From an uncultured Alphaproteobacteria bacterium (GTDB lineage: Bacteria; Pseudomonadota; Alphaproteobacteria; CAWJRW01): a stretch of DNA of 64,000 nt. The stretch is taken from NCBI GenBank assembly GCA_963845385.1, contig CAWJRW010000006.1, positions 1,544,910 to 1,608,909 of the forward strand, read 5' to 3'. Position numbers and translations under genes: made by a program. Within the stretch, counting starts at the first letter, position 1. Every line of letters starts with the position of its first letter. Shown here piece by piece: positions 45,744 to 55,457 of the stretch. Under the pieces are notes generated by a model. It was not told where the DNA came from, did no database searches, and saw only the letters and a program-made list of their open reading frames with translations.

Positions 45744-47010
45744 TCAAGGCTGCAAGAGCAGAACCCGCAAGTCGCCGACATTGGTTCGCGTCGGTCCCGT
45801 CACGATCGCGTCGCCTATGGCTGCGAAGAGCTCGCCCGAGCGGTGCTCGAGCAGCACGCGTTGGGGTTCAAGCCCCTGCGCGCGTGCCTTGGCGAGCGTG
45901 TCCGGCAGCACAAGGGCGCCCGCGGCATCCGGCGTTCCGTCGATCCCGTCCGTATCGAGCGCGAGCGCCGCGACACTTGTCTTACCGTTCAGCGCAATCG
46001 CCAAAGCCAAGGCGTATTCGCGGTTGCGGCCCCCCGATGCGTCGGCCGATGCGCCCGTGACGGTGAGCTCGCCCCCGGAAATGACCGCCAGGGGCCGATT
46101 ATCCTGCACGAGCCTCTCGACGAGCCGGGCATGTTCGAGCGCCACGTTCCGCGCTTCGCCCTCGACACGGTCTCCGAGATCGACGACGGAATAGCCCTGC
46201 GCGCGGGCTTCTTTCTCCGCGGCGGCAAGCGCATCGCGAGGCCGGGTGACAATTTGGTATCGGCTCCGCGAGAGTTTCGGATCGTTCGGCTTGACGGTTT
46301 CATTCATGGCATCTTCGAGCGCGCGCTTGACGCTCTGCGGCACATCGATCCCATAACGGCGGAGAATTGTCCGCGCGTCGGCAAGAGAGTCTGGGATCGC
46401 CCACGGTCGGGCCCGATGCGATGACAGCCGGATCATCGCCGGGTACATCCGAAATTGCGAGCGTCACCGTTTCGGCCGGAAAGGCCGCGACCGCAAGCCG
46501 GCCGCCCTTGATCTGCGAGAGATGCTTGCGGACGACATTGATGTCGCCGATCGGAGCGCCTGACTGCAACAAGGACTTGTTGACCGTCTGCTTGTCCTCG
46601 AAGGGCACGGCTTCGGCCGGCAAGGAGAGAAGCGCCGAACCGCCGCCGGACAGCAACAACAAGAGTCGATCTCCTTCACCCAAAGTTTTCGCCAAAGCGA
46701 GGATTCGCACAGCGGCATCGCGCCCGGCTTGATCGGGGAGCGGATGCCCCGCTTCCACGATCTCGAGCAGCTTGAGCTCTTCTCCGTGCCCGTATCGCGT
46801 GACGATCAGCCCTTCGAGCGGCGCGCCGTAATGCGTCTCGACGGCAAGCGCCATGCGCGCCGCAGCCTTCCCCGCGCCCACGACCACGAGCCGGCCCTGC
46901 GGCCGGGGCTCGAGAAATTTCGCCACCATATTGAGCGGATCGACGGCCGAGAGCGCCGCCTCGCAAATTCTCATGAGCTGCTGGCGAGCGTCCCAGGCCA
47001 ATTGGCCCAT
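45744..47010 (-). pseudogene. Glycerate 2-kinase / hydroxypyruvate-reductase-like (DUF4147 + MOFRL); one frame break near 46395
   Basis: N-part in ORF 46300..47010 (LVVVGAGKAAARMALAVE...LLLLSGGGSALL...VRKHLSQIKGGRLA...ISDVPGDDPAVIASGPT). C-part in ORF 45744..46448 (...[11 protein letters not shown]...[12 protein letters not shown]...ALDTDGIDG). Confidence 0.8.
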
Positions 47011-47095
47011 CCTTCACGCTGATGGCTGCAAGAAAAGCGCGTCCGCTCTTGGTAGTGGTCTTTTTCTGATCTCGCAACAACGCCCCGCGCTGCCA

Positions 47096-47128
47096 CCCAA
47101 AAACAAGAGCGCCCCGAACCGGGGCGCT
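47096..47128 (-). terminator. Rho-independent terminator after cheR
   Basis: Minus strand: stem AGCGCCCCG/CGGGGCGCT followed by CTTGTTTTTGG. Confidence 0.7.
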
Positions 47129-47163
47129 TTCTCTTTCACAAACGGCGGAGCGACGAAGTTTCT

Positions 47164-48043
47164 TCAGGCCCCCGCGGCGCGCGCGAGCGCGGGCGTTGCG
47201 GGTTGCGCGGCATGGCCCGCATCGGCGCGCACATAGAGCCCGCGCTTGCCTTCGAGCGGCTTCAGAGCCTCGGTGACGCCGATCACGGTCTCGGCTGCGC
47301 CCAGCACGAGAAAGCCGTCCGGCGCCAATTGGCGCGCTACGCGCTCGAGGATCTGGCGCTTGGTCGGCTGGTCGAAATAGATGAGCACGTTGCGGCAGAA
47401 GATGATGTCGAAGGTGCCGAGAATGCGCAAATCGTCGAGCAGGTTGAAGGTGCGGTGGTTGACCATGGTGCGGATGGCGTCGTCGATCTGCCAATAGTCT
47501 TCGGTTTTCTTGAAGTACTTGACCAGATGTTTGACGGGCAGGCCGCGCTGCACCTCGAACTGGCTGTAGATGCCGCGCTTGGCGCGCTCGATCACTTCGT
47601 TGGAAATGTCGGAGGCGAAGATCTCGAAGCGGTAGCCCGCCGTCTCCCGCGGCATCTCCTTGATCATGATGGCGATGGAATAAGGCTCCTGGCCCGTCGA
47701 AGCGGCCGCGCACCAGATGCGGATCTGACGCTGCTTGCCGCGGGCGGCCAGCAGCGCGGGCAGGATGTGCTCGCCGAAGATGCTCGAAGGGAATCTTGTC
47801 GCGGAAGAACGAGGACTCGTTGGTGGTCATCGCTTCCGTCACTTCGGCGAGCAGGCTCTCCGGCGCCGAGGCGCCGAGCTTCCCGATGAGCTCGGAGACG
47901 CCGGCACAGGCGTGACGGCGGGCGACCGGCCCCAAGCGCGTCTCGACGAGATAGAGCTTGTCGCGCGACAGAACCAGGCCCGAGCGCTTCTTGACGAGCG
48001 ACACGACGAGATCGAAATCCTCAGGTCGCATCGGCGCCTCCAT
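47164..48043 (-). pseudogene. cheR: Chemotaxis methyltransferase CheR; one frame break near 47745
   Basis: N-part (DFDLVVSLVKKRSGLVLSRDKLYLVETRL...TTNESSFFRDKIPFEHL) in ORF 46676..48100. SAM domain (IRIWCAAASTGQEPYSIAIMIKEM...FDIIFCRNVLIYFD) in the frame of ORF 47164..47667. The junction has an extra C (cttCggc). Confidence 0.9.
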
Positions 48044-49171
48044 GCAAGAGACGCTCGAGGCCGGGACCGATGTCCGGCAGCGCCAAGACGGCGCTCGCAA
48101 GCCCCGCCATCGTCACCGCGCCCGGCATGCCCCAGACGACGCTCGTGGCCTCGTCCTGGGCGATGACCGCACCGCCGGCCTCGACGATCATGCGCGCGCC
48201 CTCGCGGCTGTCCACGCCCATGCCCGTCAAGACGAGGCCCAACGCGCGCTTCCCGTAAGTGCGCGCGACGCGAGCGGAAGAGCGCATCGGCGGCCGGGCG
48301 GCAAAAATGCTCCGGCGGGTTTTCGTTGATGCGAATGACGGCGGTGCCGCTTCCGTCGCGCTCCACCTCCATGTGATGCTCGCCGGGCGCCACATAGATG
48401 TGGCCGGCCTCGACGACAGCGCCGTCGGTTCCTTCAACGCTCGGCCGTCCCGAATAGCGCTCGAGATGCTCGGCGAGAATGGTGGTGAAGGTGGCCGGCA
48501 TGTGCTGCGCGATGAGCATGGGCACGTCGAGGCTGGGTCCGATCACCTTCGCGATCTCGAAAAGCGCCTGGGGGCCGCCCGTGGAGCTGCCGATGGCGAT
48601 CACGCCGGGCTCTTCCTGCGGCATGGGCCGGAGCGCGAAGGGTCCGCGCGGCGCGCGCGCCGTGGTCTCTGTGCGAAGCTCGGCCGGACCGGCCTCGGGT
48701 CTCCTGGGACGGCGCGCACGGCGGCGCGCCTCGGCGATCGCCTTCACTTTCGCGGTGAGCTCGCGGCGGAACTCTTCGACCTCATGAGCGCCGTGCAGCG
48801 CCTGAGGCTTGGCGACATAGTCCGAGGCGCCGAGCGACAGCGCCTTGAGCGAAATCTCGGCGTTGCGGCGCGTGCGCGTGGACGACATGATGACGCGCAC
48901 GCCGGGCGCAGGCCTTGAGAAGCGCCGGCAGCGCCGCGAGTCCGTCCATGTGCGGCATTTCGATGTCGAGAACGATGACGTCGCAATGCGTCGTTTCGGC
49001 CTTGCGCAGCGCTTGTGCGCCGTCGCCGCAGGTCGCAACCACGCTCATGGAGGGGTCGGCTTCGAGCCAGCGCTTGACGATGCCCCGCACGACGGCCGAG
49101 TCATCGACCACCATCACTCGATAAGGCCCCTCTTCGGGGATGGCTTGGGTTGCGACGGCGATCACGCCCAA
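48021..49171 (-). pseudogene. cheB: Chemotaxis methylesterase/response regulator CheB; two frame breaks near 48905 and 48300
   Basis: Receiver VMVVDDSAVVRGIV...DVIVLDIEMPHMDGL (ORF 48782..49171). Linker and esterase start IAIGSSTGGPQAL...IAQHMPATFT (ORF 47839..49038). C-part LVLTGMGVDSREGARMIVEAGGAVIAQDEATSVVWGMP (ORF 48021..48437). Confidence 0.9.
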
Positions 49172-49177
49172 ACACTC

Positions 49178-49561
49178 TCATTCACGCGCGGACTTGATGA
49201 GGCCGACCTCGGCGAATTTCGCCTCGATGATGTCGCGATCGAACGGCTTCATGATGTACTCGTTGGCTCCGGCGTTGATCGCCTCGCTGATGTGCTCCAT
49301 GTCGTTTTCCGTGGTGCAGAAGACGACGAGAGGCGAGGTGCCGCCCTCTTCCCGGCGCAAGGCGCGCAGGAACTCGATGCCGCTCATCACCGGCATGTTC
49401 CAATCGAGCAGAATCGCGTCCGGCATGCCGTTGCTGCGGCACACCTCGAGCGCTTCCTTGCCGTCCGCGGCTTCGCTGATGCTGAACCGGAGTTCTTCGA
49501 GAATACGCCGAGCGACTTTCCGGATTACGCGCGAATCGTCGACGACCAGGCAATGCTTCAT
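49178..49561 (-). CDS. cheY: Chemotaxis response regulator CheY
   Basis: Intact 127-aa receiver. VVDDSRVIRK, ILLDWNMPVMSG, NEYIMKPF. Confidence 0.9.
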   Translation of the reverse strand: MKHCLVVDDSRVIRKVARRILEELRFSISEAADGKEALEVCRSNGMPDAILLDWNMPVMSGIEFLRALRREEGGTSPLVVFCTTENDMEHISEAINAGANEYIMKPFDRDIIEAKFAEVGLIKSARE

Positions 49562-49585
49562 TGGGCCTCTCCCCGAGGGCGCATG

Positions 49586-50068
49586 TCAGGTCGCCTCGTG
49601 ACGCTGCCCGAAGTCCAGAACACGATCGACATCGAGCACGACCAAAAGATTGCCATCTAGACGGTAAACGCCCCGTGAAATGACAGCCCACTGAGCATCT
49701 AAATTGGAAGGATTGGGTTCCATCGCCTCGGGCGCGAGGCTCAAAACGTCGCCGAGCGCGTCGATGAGGAGCCCATAGGCCTCCGTGCCCTTCTCGATGC
49801 CCACCGCGAGGCGCGCCTGCGACTGCTCCGCCGGCGGCAAACCGAGCCGCGCGCGCAAGTCGACGGCGGTAACAATTCGTCCACGAAGATTAAGAACGCC
49901 CGCGATCTCGCGCGGCGCGAGCGGCACGCGCGTGATGGATTGCGGCACGAAGACGTCCTGCACGGAGCCCACGGGAATCCCGAAAGTCTGGTTGGCGACG
50001 ACGACGGTGATGAAATCTTTCGCCCCGCGCTGCGGATTGCTCTCGCTTGTCGAGCGATGCGGCATCAC
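49586..50068 (-). CDS. cheW: Chemotaxis coupling protein CheW
   Basis: Intact 160-aa ORF overlapping the cheA stop by 4 nt. FGIPVGSVQDVF...GVLNLRGRIVTAVDLR is the CheW-domain signature. Confidence 0.9.
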   Translation of the reverse strand: MMPHRSTSESNPQRGAKDFITVVVANQTFGIPVGSVQDVFVPQSITRVPLAPREIAGVLNLRGRIVTAVDLRARLGLPPAEQSQARLAVGIEKGTEAYGLLIDALGDVLSLAPEAMEPNPSNLDAQWAVISRGVYRLDGNLLVVLDVDRVLDFGQRHEAT

Positions 50069-52566
50069 GCGGCCTCTTCCTGCAGGGCGAGCTGCTCGCT
50101 CACCGCCGTGATCAGGGCGTCGCGATCGAACTTGGGCACGTAGCTGTGAAAGCCCGCCTTGAGCGTCACCTCGACGTCCTCCGGCGTGCGCCGCCGCGAC
50201 AAGGCAAGCCGCCGGGTGCCGCGCCAGTCGGGATCCTCTTTGAGCATGCGCGCGAAAGAAAGCCCGTCCATGCCGGGCAATTCGATCTCGCTCACGATGA
50301 GGTCGAAAGCGCGCCCTTCGCTCTTCAAGGCGAGCGCGGCCTCGACGCTGTCGACGGCGGTGACGGCGTAGCCCGCGGCCATCAGGAGCGGCGAGACCAG
50401 ATTGCGGAAAAAGGGATTGGCATCGACGACGAGCACGTGTTTGCGTGCGGCGTCGGGGGCATCGTCCTCGCCGTCGAACCAGTTCTCGTCGGCCATCTTG
50501 AGGTAATGGCCGACGTCGAGGATGCGCGTCGTGCGGCCGCGCACGACCGCGGAGCCGATGACGCCGGGGCTCGCCGTCGCGAGCTCGATGTTGAGCACAC
50601 CCTCGACGATGTCCTCAATGTTGTCGACGACGAGACCCATGCTCTTCCGCTCGTTCGAGAAGACGACGACGGGCTGGCGTCCGGCGGTCTTGAATGTAAC
50701 CGTGGGCGAAGCGGGCACGAGCGGCATGAGCCTGCCGCGATATTGCACGACGGGCCTGCCGTTGGCGCTTTCGATCTTCGAGACTTCGATTTCCTCGAGT
50801 CGCGTGACGAGCGCGAGCGGCACGGCCTTGGGCTCTTCGGTTCCCGCGCCAAAGACCAAGAGCGCCGTGCGCTCCTCGGCTTTGGTCAAGCGGCGCTCTT
50901 CGGCGGCGCTCTCCGCCTCATCGTCGGTGTCGGTGTCCCCGATGGTCCCGGCGATGCCGTTGGGATCGAGGATCATGATCACCCGACCGTCGCCCAGGAT
51001 CGTCGTGCCCGAAAACACTGCGATATGGCGGATCCGCGAGGCCGTGGGCTTGACGACGATCTCCTCGGTGTCGAACACCTCGTCGACGACGATGCCGAAG
51101 GTGCGCAAGCCGACCTGCGCCACGATGACGAAGGCTTCGTCATCCCTTTGGTGCTTCGACGCCTTCGCGTCGAGCTTCAGAAGCTCGGTCAAATGGACGA
51201 GCGGCAGGAGCTTATTGCGCAAGCGCAAGACCGGCGTCGCATGGATGGTCTCGATGCGATGCTCGGCGCCCGCCCGGACGCGCACGAGCTCGACCACGCT
51301 GATCTGCGGGAAGGCGAAGCGCTCGCCGCCGGCGCCGACGATCAGGGTCGAGACGATGGCAAGCGTCAGTGGGATCTTGATCGTGAAGCTCGTGCCCTCG
51401 CCCGGAACCGAGCGCAGATCGATGGCGCCGCCGATCTCTTGAATATTGTTGCGCACGACGTCGAGGCCGACGCCACGGCCCGAGATGCTCGACACGGCCG
51501 CGGCCGTGGAGAAGCCCGGAACAAAGATGAAGTTGTGAATATGCGAGGCCGACATGCGCTCGAGATCGGCCTCGCTCGCGAGCCCTTCCTTGAGGGCTCT
51601 CGCTCTTATGCGCGCGACGTCGAGCCCGCGCCCGTCGTCGGCCACGACGATGATGATGTGGCCGCCTTCGTGGCGGGCGGACAGGCGAATGCGCCCGCTC
51701 TCGGGCTTGCCCGCGGCGCGACGTTCCGCCGGCGTCTCCATGCCGTGGTCGGCGGCGTTGCGCACCATGTGGGTGAGCGGATCCTTGATGAGCTCGAGCA
51801 CTTGGCGGTCGAGCTCGGTCTCGGCGCCGGTCATCTCGAGCTCGATCTTCTTGCCGAGCTCGACGCCCAAATCGCGCACGATGCGCGGCAGCTTTTTCCA
51901 GGCGATGCCGATGGGCTGCATGCGCGTCTTCATGACGGCTTCCTGCAGCTCGCCCGTGATGTTCGACAGCCGTTGCAGCGGCACTTTGAATTCACTGTCC
52001 TGCAGGCGGCGGACCATCTCGAGGAGCTGGTTGCGCGTGAGCACGAGCTCGCGCACCATGGTCATGAGATGCTCGATCAGATCGACGTTCACGCGGATGG
52101 TCTTGCTCGCCGGCGCAACGTCGTTGGTTTTTTCCGGATCGGGAGCTTCCCCCGCATCGGCGGTCGCGGTGGCGGCCTTTTGTGCTTGCTCGCGCGCCGC
52201 CATCGCTTCCAATCTCGCGATGAGATCGGCGTCGTCGCCCTCCGGCTCGGTCTCGGTCGCGGCGATGCCGGCCAAGAGCTCCTTGATCCGGTCGACCGCG
52301 TTCAAGATGACCGAGACAGCGGCCGGCGTGACGGAGATGGCGTCGTCGCGAAACTTGCCGAGCAGCGTCTCGGCCGCGTGCGCCACCGCGCCGAGCCGCG
52401 GCAGACTGAGGAACCCGCTCGTGCCCTTGATCGTGTGCAGCACCCGGAAGATGCGGGCCAATACCTCGCGATTGGAAGGATTGCGCTCGATCTCCACGAG
52501 ATCGTGGTCGATGAGCTCGAGCCCCTCGGCTGTCTCGCTCAAGAACTCGTGTAAGAGATCGTCCAT
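50065..52566 (-). CDS. cheA: Chemotaxis histidine kinase CheA with C-terminal receiver domain
   Basis: Intact 833-aa ORF. Hpt site RIFRVLHTIKGTSGFL, HATPase (NAADHGME..., DDGRGLD, GRGVGLDVV), a CheW-like domain, then a receiver-like C-terminus (VLVVDANPFFRNLV...DLIVSEIELPGMDG). Confidence 0.9.
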   Translation of the reverse strand: MDDLLHEFLSETAEGLELIDHDLVEIERNPSNREVLARIFRVLHTIKGTSGFLSLPRLGAVAHAAETLLGKFRDDAISVTPAAVSVILNAVDRIKELLAGIAATETEPEGDDADLIARLEAMAAREQAQKAATATADAGEAPDPEKTNDVAPASKTIRVNVDLIEHLMTMVRELVLTRNQLLEMVRRLQDSEFKVPLQRLSNITGELQEAVMKTRMQPIGIAWKKLPRIVRDLGVELGKKIELEMTGAETELDRQVLELIKDPLTHMVRNAADHGMETPAERRAAGKPESGRIRLSARHEGGHIIIVVADDGRGLDVARIRARALKEGLASEADLERMSASHIHNFIFVPGFSTAAAVSSISGRGVGLDVVRNNIQEIGGAIDLRSVPGEGTSFTIKIPLTLAIVSTLIVGAGGERFAFPQISVVELVRVRAGAEHRIETIHATPVLRLRNKLLPLVHLTELLKLDAKASKHQRDDEAFVIVAQVGLRTFGIVVDEVFDTEEIVVKPTASRIRHIAVFSGTTILGDGRVIMILDPNGIAGTIGDTDTDDEAESAAEERRLTKAEERTALLVFGAGTEEPKAVPLALVTRLEEIEVSKIESANGRPVVQYRGRLMPLVPASPTVTFKTAGRQPVVVFSNERKSMGLVVDNIEDIVEGVLNIELATASPGVIGSAVVRGRTTRILDVGHYLKMADENWFDGEDDAPDAARKHVLVVDANPFFRNLVSPLLMAAGYAVTAVDSVEAALALKSEGRAFDLIVSEIELPGMDGLSFARMLKEDPDWRGTRRLALSRRRTPEDVEVTLKAGFHSYVPKFDRDALITAVSEQLALQEEAA

Positions 52567-52699
52567 GATCGGAGCTTCTTTGGCAGACGCGCGACCCTTC
52601 CGGAACGTCGCGTGAGACGGCCGTCATTAACCCCGATTAGTCGTGGAAATCGGTTAAGAACGTTGAAACGCGCTGAAACGCTCTGCGGTCCGGCGCGCT

Positions 52700-53323
52700 C
52701 AGGAGGCGAAGCGCAAGCCCAAGAACACGCAGTCCTCGGATTCCGAGGCCATCACGGTCGCGCCCTGGGCGCGGGCGAGGATTCTGGGTAAAGAAAGGCT
52801 GAATCTGGCGCGCGTCGCTGCCTTCGAGGGGCCGGCTGTCGAAGAGCGCCACGCGGATGTCGGGAGAAAGCTTGGCCTTGGGCCCGCGCGCTTCGAGGCG
52901 CAGCGTGTTCGCCTCTTCGGCGACGGTCAGCACGCCGCCCCGCGGAATGCATTCGAGCGCGATGTGGAGAAGGTTCAACAAGAGCTTGAGCCGCTCCTTG
53001 GGCACGGCGCGCGCGGGCAATTTCCAATTGAGGCCTATCTTGCCCTTGGTGAGGAGACCCTCGGTCAAGCGCTTGGCCTCGCCGAATTCCACCTCCTCGC
53101 CCATGGCCGATGCGACGCCGAAAGCCATGCGCGCGAATTCAAGACGCGCAGCCGCCTGAAGAGCCGATGCCTCGATGAGAACCAGCGCATGCTTGCGCAT
53201 CTCGGCGTCCTCTTCGTCGTGCAACACTTCAAGTCCGTTGCAGATCGCGCCGATGGGACTGATGAGATCGTGACACAAGCGCGAGGCGATCAGCGACGCG
53301 ATGTCCAGTGACGGCTCGTCCAT
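52700..53323 (-). pseudogene. chpT: ChpT-family histidine phosphotransferase; one frame break near 52795
   Basis: LASRLCHDLISPIGAICNGLEVL (phospho-His helix), ARLEFARMAFG and LLNLLHIALECIPRGGVL match the ChpT/HPTransfase family. The C-terminus continues in the next frame as ILARAQGATVMASESEDCVFLGLRFAS, with the stop at 52700-52702. Confidence 0.75.
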
Positions 53324-53445
53324 GAAAATCGACCTCCGGTGCGCCCTAGTGTTATACTTTCCGCCGCGCCCGGTGCGAAGGCTGCGGTGGGGCTACGGTG
53401 CGGCGCTGCGCATTCATAGACGGCGATCTTGACGAGGGAAAGCTT

Positions 53446-53628
53446 ATGGAGTCCTTCATCGTCCCCGGCGCCCTCGTCCGCCATCCCGAGGAGACGGAAT
53501 GGGGCGTGGGGCAGGTGCAGTCGGTGGTGGGCAGCCGAATCACGGTGAACTTCGAGAATGCCGGCAAGCGCCTCATCAACGGGGAGCTTGTCCAGCTCGT
53601 TCTCGTGGCCCCGGAGCGCGACGACTGA
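53446..53628 (+). CDS. DUF3553 family small protein
   Basis: ORF 53398..53628(+) from MESFIVPGALVRHPEETEWGVGQVQSVVGSRITVNFENAGKRLING. Matches the conserved approximately 60-aa DUF3553 pattern. Confidence 0.7.
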   Translation: MESFIVPGALVRHPEETEWGVGQVQSVVGSRITVNFENAGKRLINGELVQLVLVAPERDD

Positions 53629-53653
53629 CGCCGAGAGCGAGGTCCCAAGTTCG

Positions 53654-54472
53654 ATGCCCGCCTCCGCGCAAGCCCGAGAGACAAGCCTCGCGCGCCTGAT
53701 GCTTTGCCTCGCGCTCGACGCGGGGGCGCGCATCATGGCGATCTATGCGGGCCCGATCGAGGCGCGCCACAAAGCCGACCGCTCGCCGGTGACCGAGGCC
53801 GATGACGCGGCCGAGGCCGTGATCCTCGCGGGCCTCGCGCGCGCCGAGAAGGACACGCCCGTCATCTCGGAGGAAGCCTTCGCCGCGGGCCATGTGCCGC
53901 AAGTGGGGCGGCGCTTTTTTCTCGTCGATCCCTTGGACGGCACCAAGGAGTTCTTGAGCGGCAACGGCGAGTTCACGGTCAACATCGCACTCATCGTGGA
54001 TGGCGCGCCCACACTCGGCGTCGTTTATGCGCCCGCGAAAAACCTTCTCTTCTCGGCGGAGGGCGCCGGTCGCGCGTTCGAGCGCCACATCGAAGGCGCA
54101 GCCAGCGCCGCAGCGCTCGACAGCGCAGCACCCCGCCCCATCCACGTCCGGCGCGCCGACAAGAGCCGGCTCGTGGCCATCGCCAGCCGCAGCCACCGCA
54201 ATCCGGAGACGGAGGAATTTCTGAAACGCTACGCGGTCGAGACATTCATCGAGGCGGGCTCGTCGCTGAAATTCTGTCTCATCGCCTCCGGCACGGCCGA
54301 TCTCTATCCGCGCTTGGGACCCACCATGGAGTGGGACACGGCGGCCGGTCACGCCGTGCTTGCGGCCGCGGGCGGACATGTGCGCACGCTCGACGGCGCG
54401 CCGCTCGCTTACGGCAAAGTGCGCGATGGCTTCCGCAATCCATACTTCATCGCCGAGGGCGATCTCGGTTGA
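53654..54472 (+). CDS. cysQ: 3'(2'),5'-bisphosphate nucleotidase CysQ (inositol monophosphatase family)
   Basis: ORF 53558..54472(+) trimmed to MPASAQ. SPVTEADDAAE, FLVDPLDGTKEF and MEWDTAAGHAVL are IMPase/CysQ motifs. Confidence 0.85.
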   Translation: MPASAQARETSLARLMLCLALDAGARIMAIYAGPIEARHKADRSPVTEADDAAEAVILAGLARAEKDTPVISEEAFAAGHVPQVGRRFFLVDPLDGTKEFLSGNGEFTVNIALIVDGAPTLGVVYAPAKNLLFSAEGAGRAFERHIEGAASAAALDSAAPRPIHVRRADKSRLVAIASRSHRNPETEEFLKRYAVETFIEAGSSLKFCLIASGTADLYPRLGPTMEWDTAAGHAVLAAAGGHVRTLDGAPLAYGKVRDGFRNPYFIAEGDLG

Positions 54473-54805
54473 AAGATTGTCAGACGCAGGACAGGGCGAA
54501 GTCAGGCGTCAACCGCGGTCCCCGGCAAGCCCCCCAGCCAGCCCGGAGACCGCGGCGACGGGCCGCGATCGCTCCGAGGAACGGACGGCCAAAGCTCTCC
54601 GGCGTGCGGAAGACCGCATGCGCGAAGAAGGGAGGGGTGAGCGGAAGGACGGTCCCACACGCGCCGGAAGCAGCGTTGGAAAGTGCAAGCCGCGTGCCTT
54701 CCGCAAAGCGCCGCGGAGCGCGCGGCGTTTCAACGGCGCCAGCGCGAAAGGGCGCGCGATCGTGGCTTGAGACGGAAACGCCCCGTGCCAGAGCGGCACA
54801 GGGCT

Positions 54806-55160
54806 TCAAGGCATGCGCACCCAAGCGCCGTTTGCATCGCGGTAGAATTCGCCGCTCCGCGTCTCCGAGGGGATCAGTTGCTCGGCTTGGAGCTTGCCCA
54901 CCTCCGAGACCGGCGCGCCGCGCTGCTGGGCGATCTGGGCATAGAGCGCGCGCCTGACCGGCGTTGATCTCTTGCACTTGGCGCACCACGTCGGCGGGCG
55001 CGCTTGCGCTCACGATGCCGAGATAGCCATCGGCCTGCTCGCCCACGAGGCCCGCGCGCCGCGCGCCGTCGAGCGGGCGCGCCAGAGCGGGGCTTGCGAG
55101 CGCGAGCGCCAGAAGCGCCGCCGCAAGCAGGGAAACGAGCCTGAACTTCGATGTCGTCAT
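54806..55160 (-). pseudogene. ydbL: YdbL-like DUF1318 periplasmic protein; one frame break near 54950
   Basis: Signal peptide LLAAALLALALASPALA, then GLVGEQADGYLGIV...VRQVQEINAGQAR | LYAQIAQQRGAPVSEVGKLQAEQLIPSETRSGEFYRDANGAWVRMP, with the stop at 54806-54808. Confidence 0.7.
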
Positions 55161-55190
55161 GGCCTGGTCCTCATATCACAAGATATCGGG

Positions 55191-55457
55191 TCAGAAGAGA
55201 TCCGGCCGCTCTTTGCGCGCCTTGCTCAAGTCTTCCTCGACATAGATCCGGACTTCCTGCTCGATCTTGACGTTGAGGTTGATGACGATGGGCTTGTCGG
55301 GGGCCTGCAATTTCACGGTGGGCGTGCAGGCCACAAGCGCCAAAGCCGCGACAGAGGCTGCGACGGCAAGCGCGCCGAACGGCCGGCTCAAGCTTCTTGT
55401 TGCGTCTTCTTTCACGTCTTGCGCCTCCCTACTGGCTGCCATACTTGCGGTAGGCAT
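55191..55457 (-). CDS. ynbE: YnbE-family lipoprotein
   Basis: ALALVACTPTVKLQAPDKPIVINLNVKIEQEVRIYVEEDL matches YnbE. The true start is probably an internal codon closer to the lipobox. Confidence 0.75.
   Translation of the reverse strand: MPTASMAASREAQDVKEDATRSLSRPFGALAVAASVAALALVACTPTVKLQAPDKPIVINLNVKIEQEVRIYVEEDLSKARKERPDLF

Noticed and set aside
50047-52554. 835-aa plus-strand ORF antisense to cheA
   Set aside because: It is a shadow ORF. cheA on the minus strand carries the Hpt, HATPase and CheW-like motifs, and the antisense product is low complexity.
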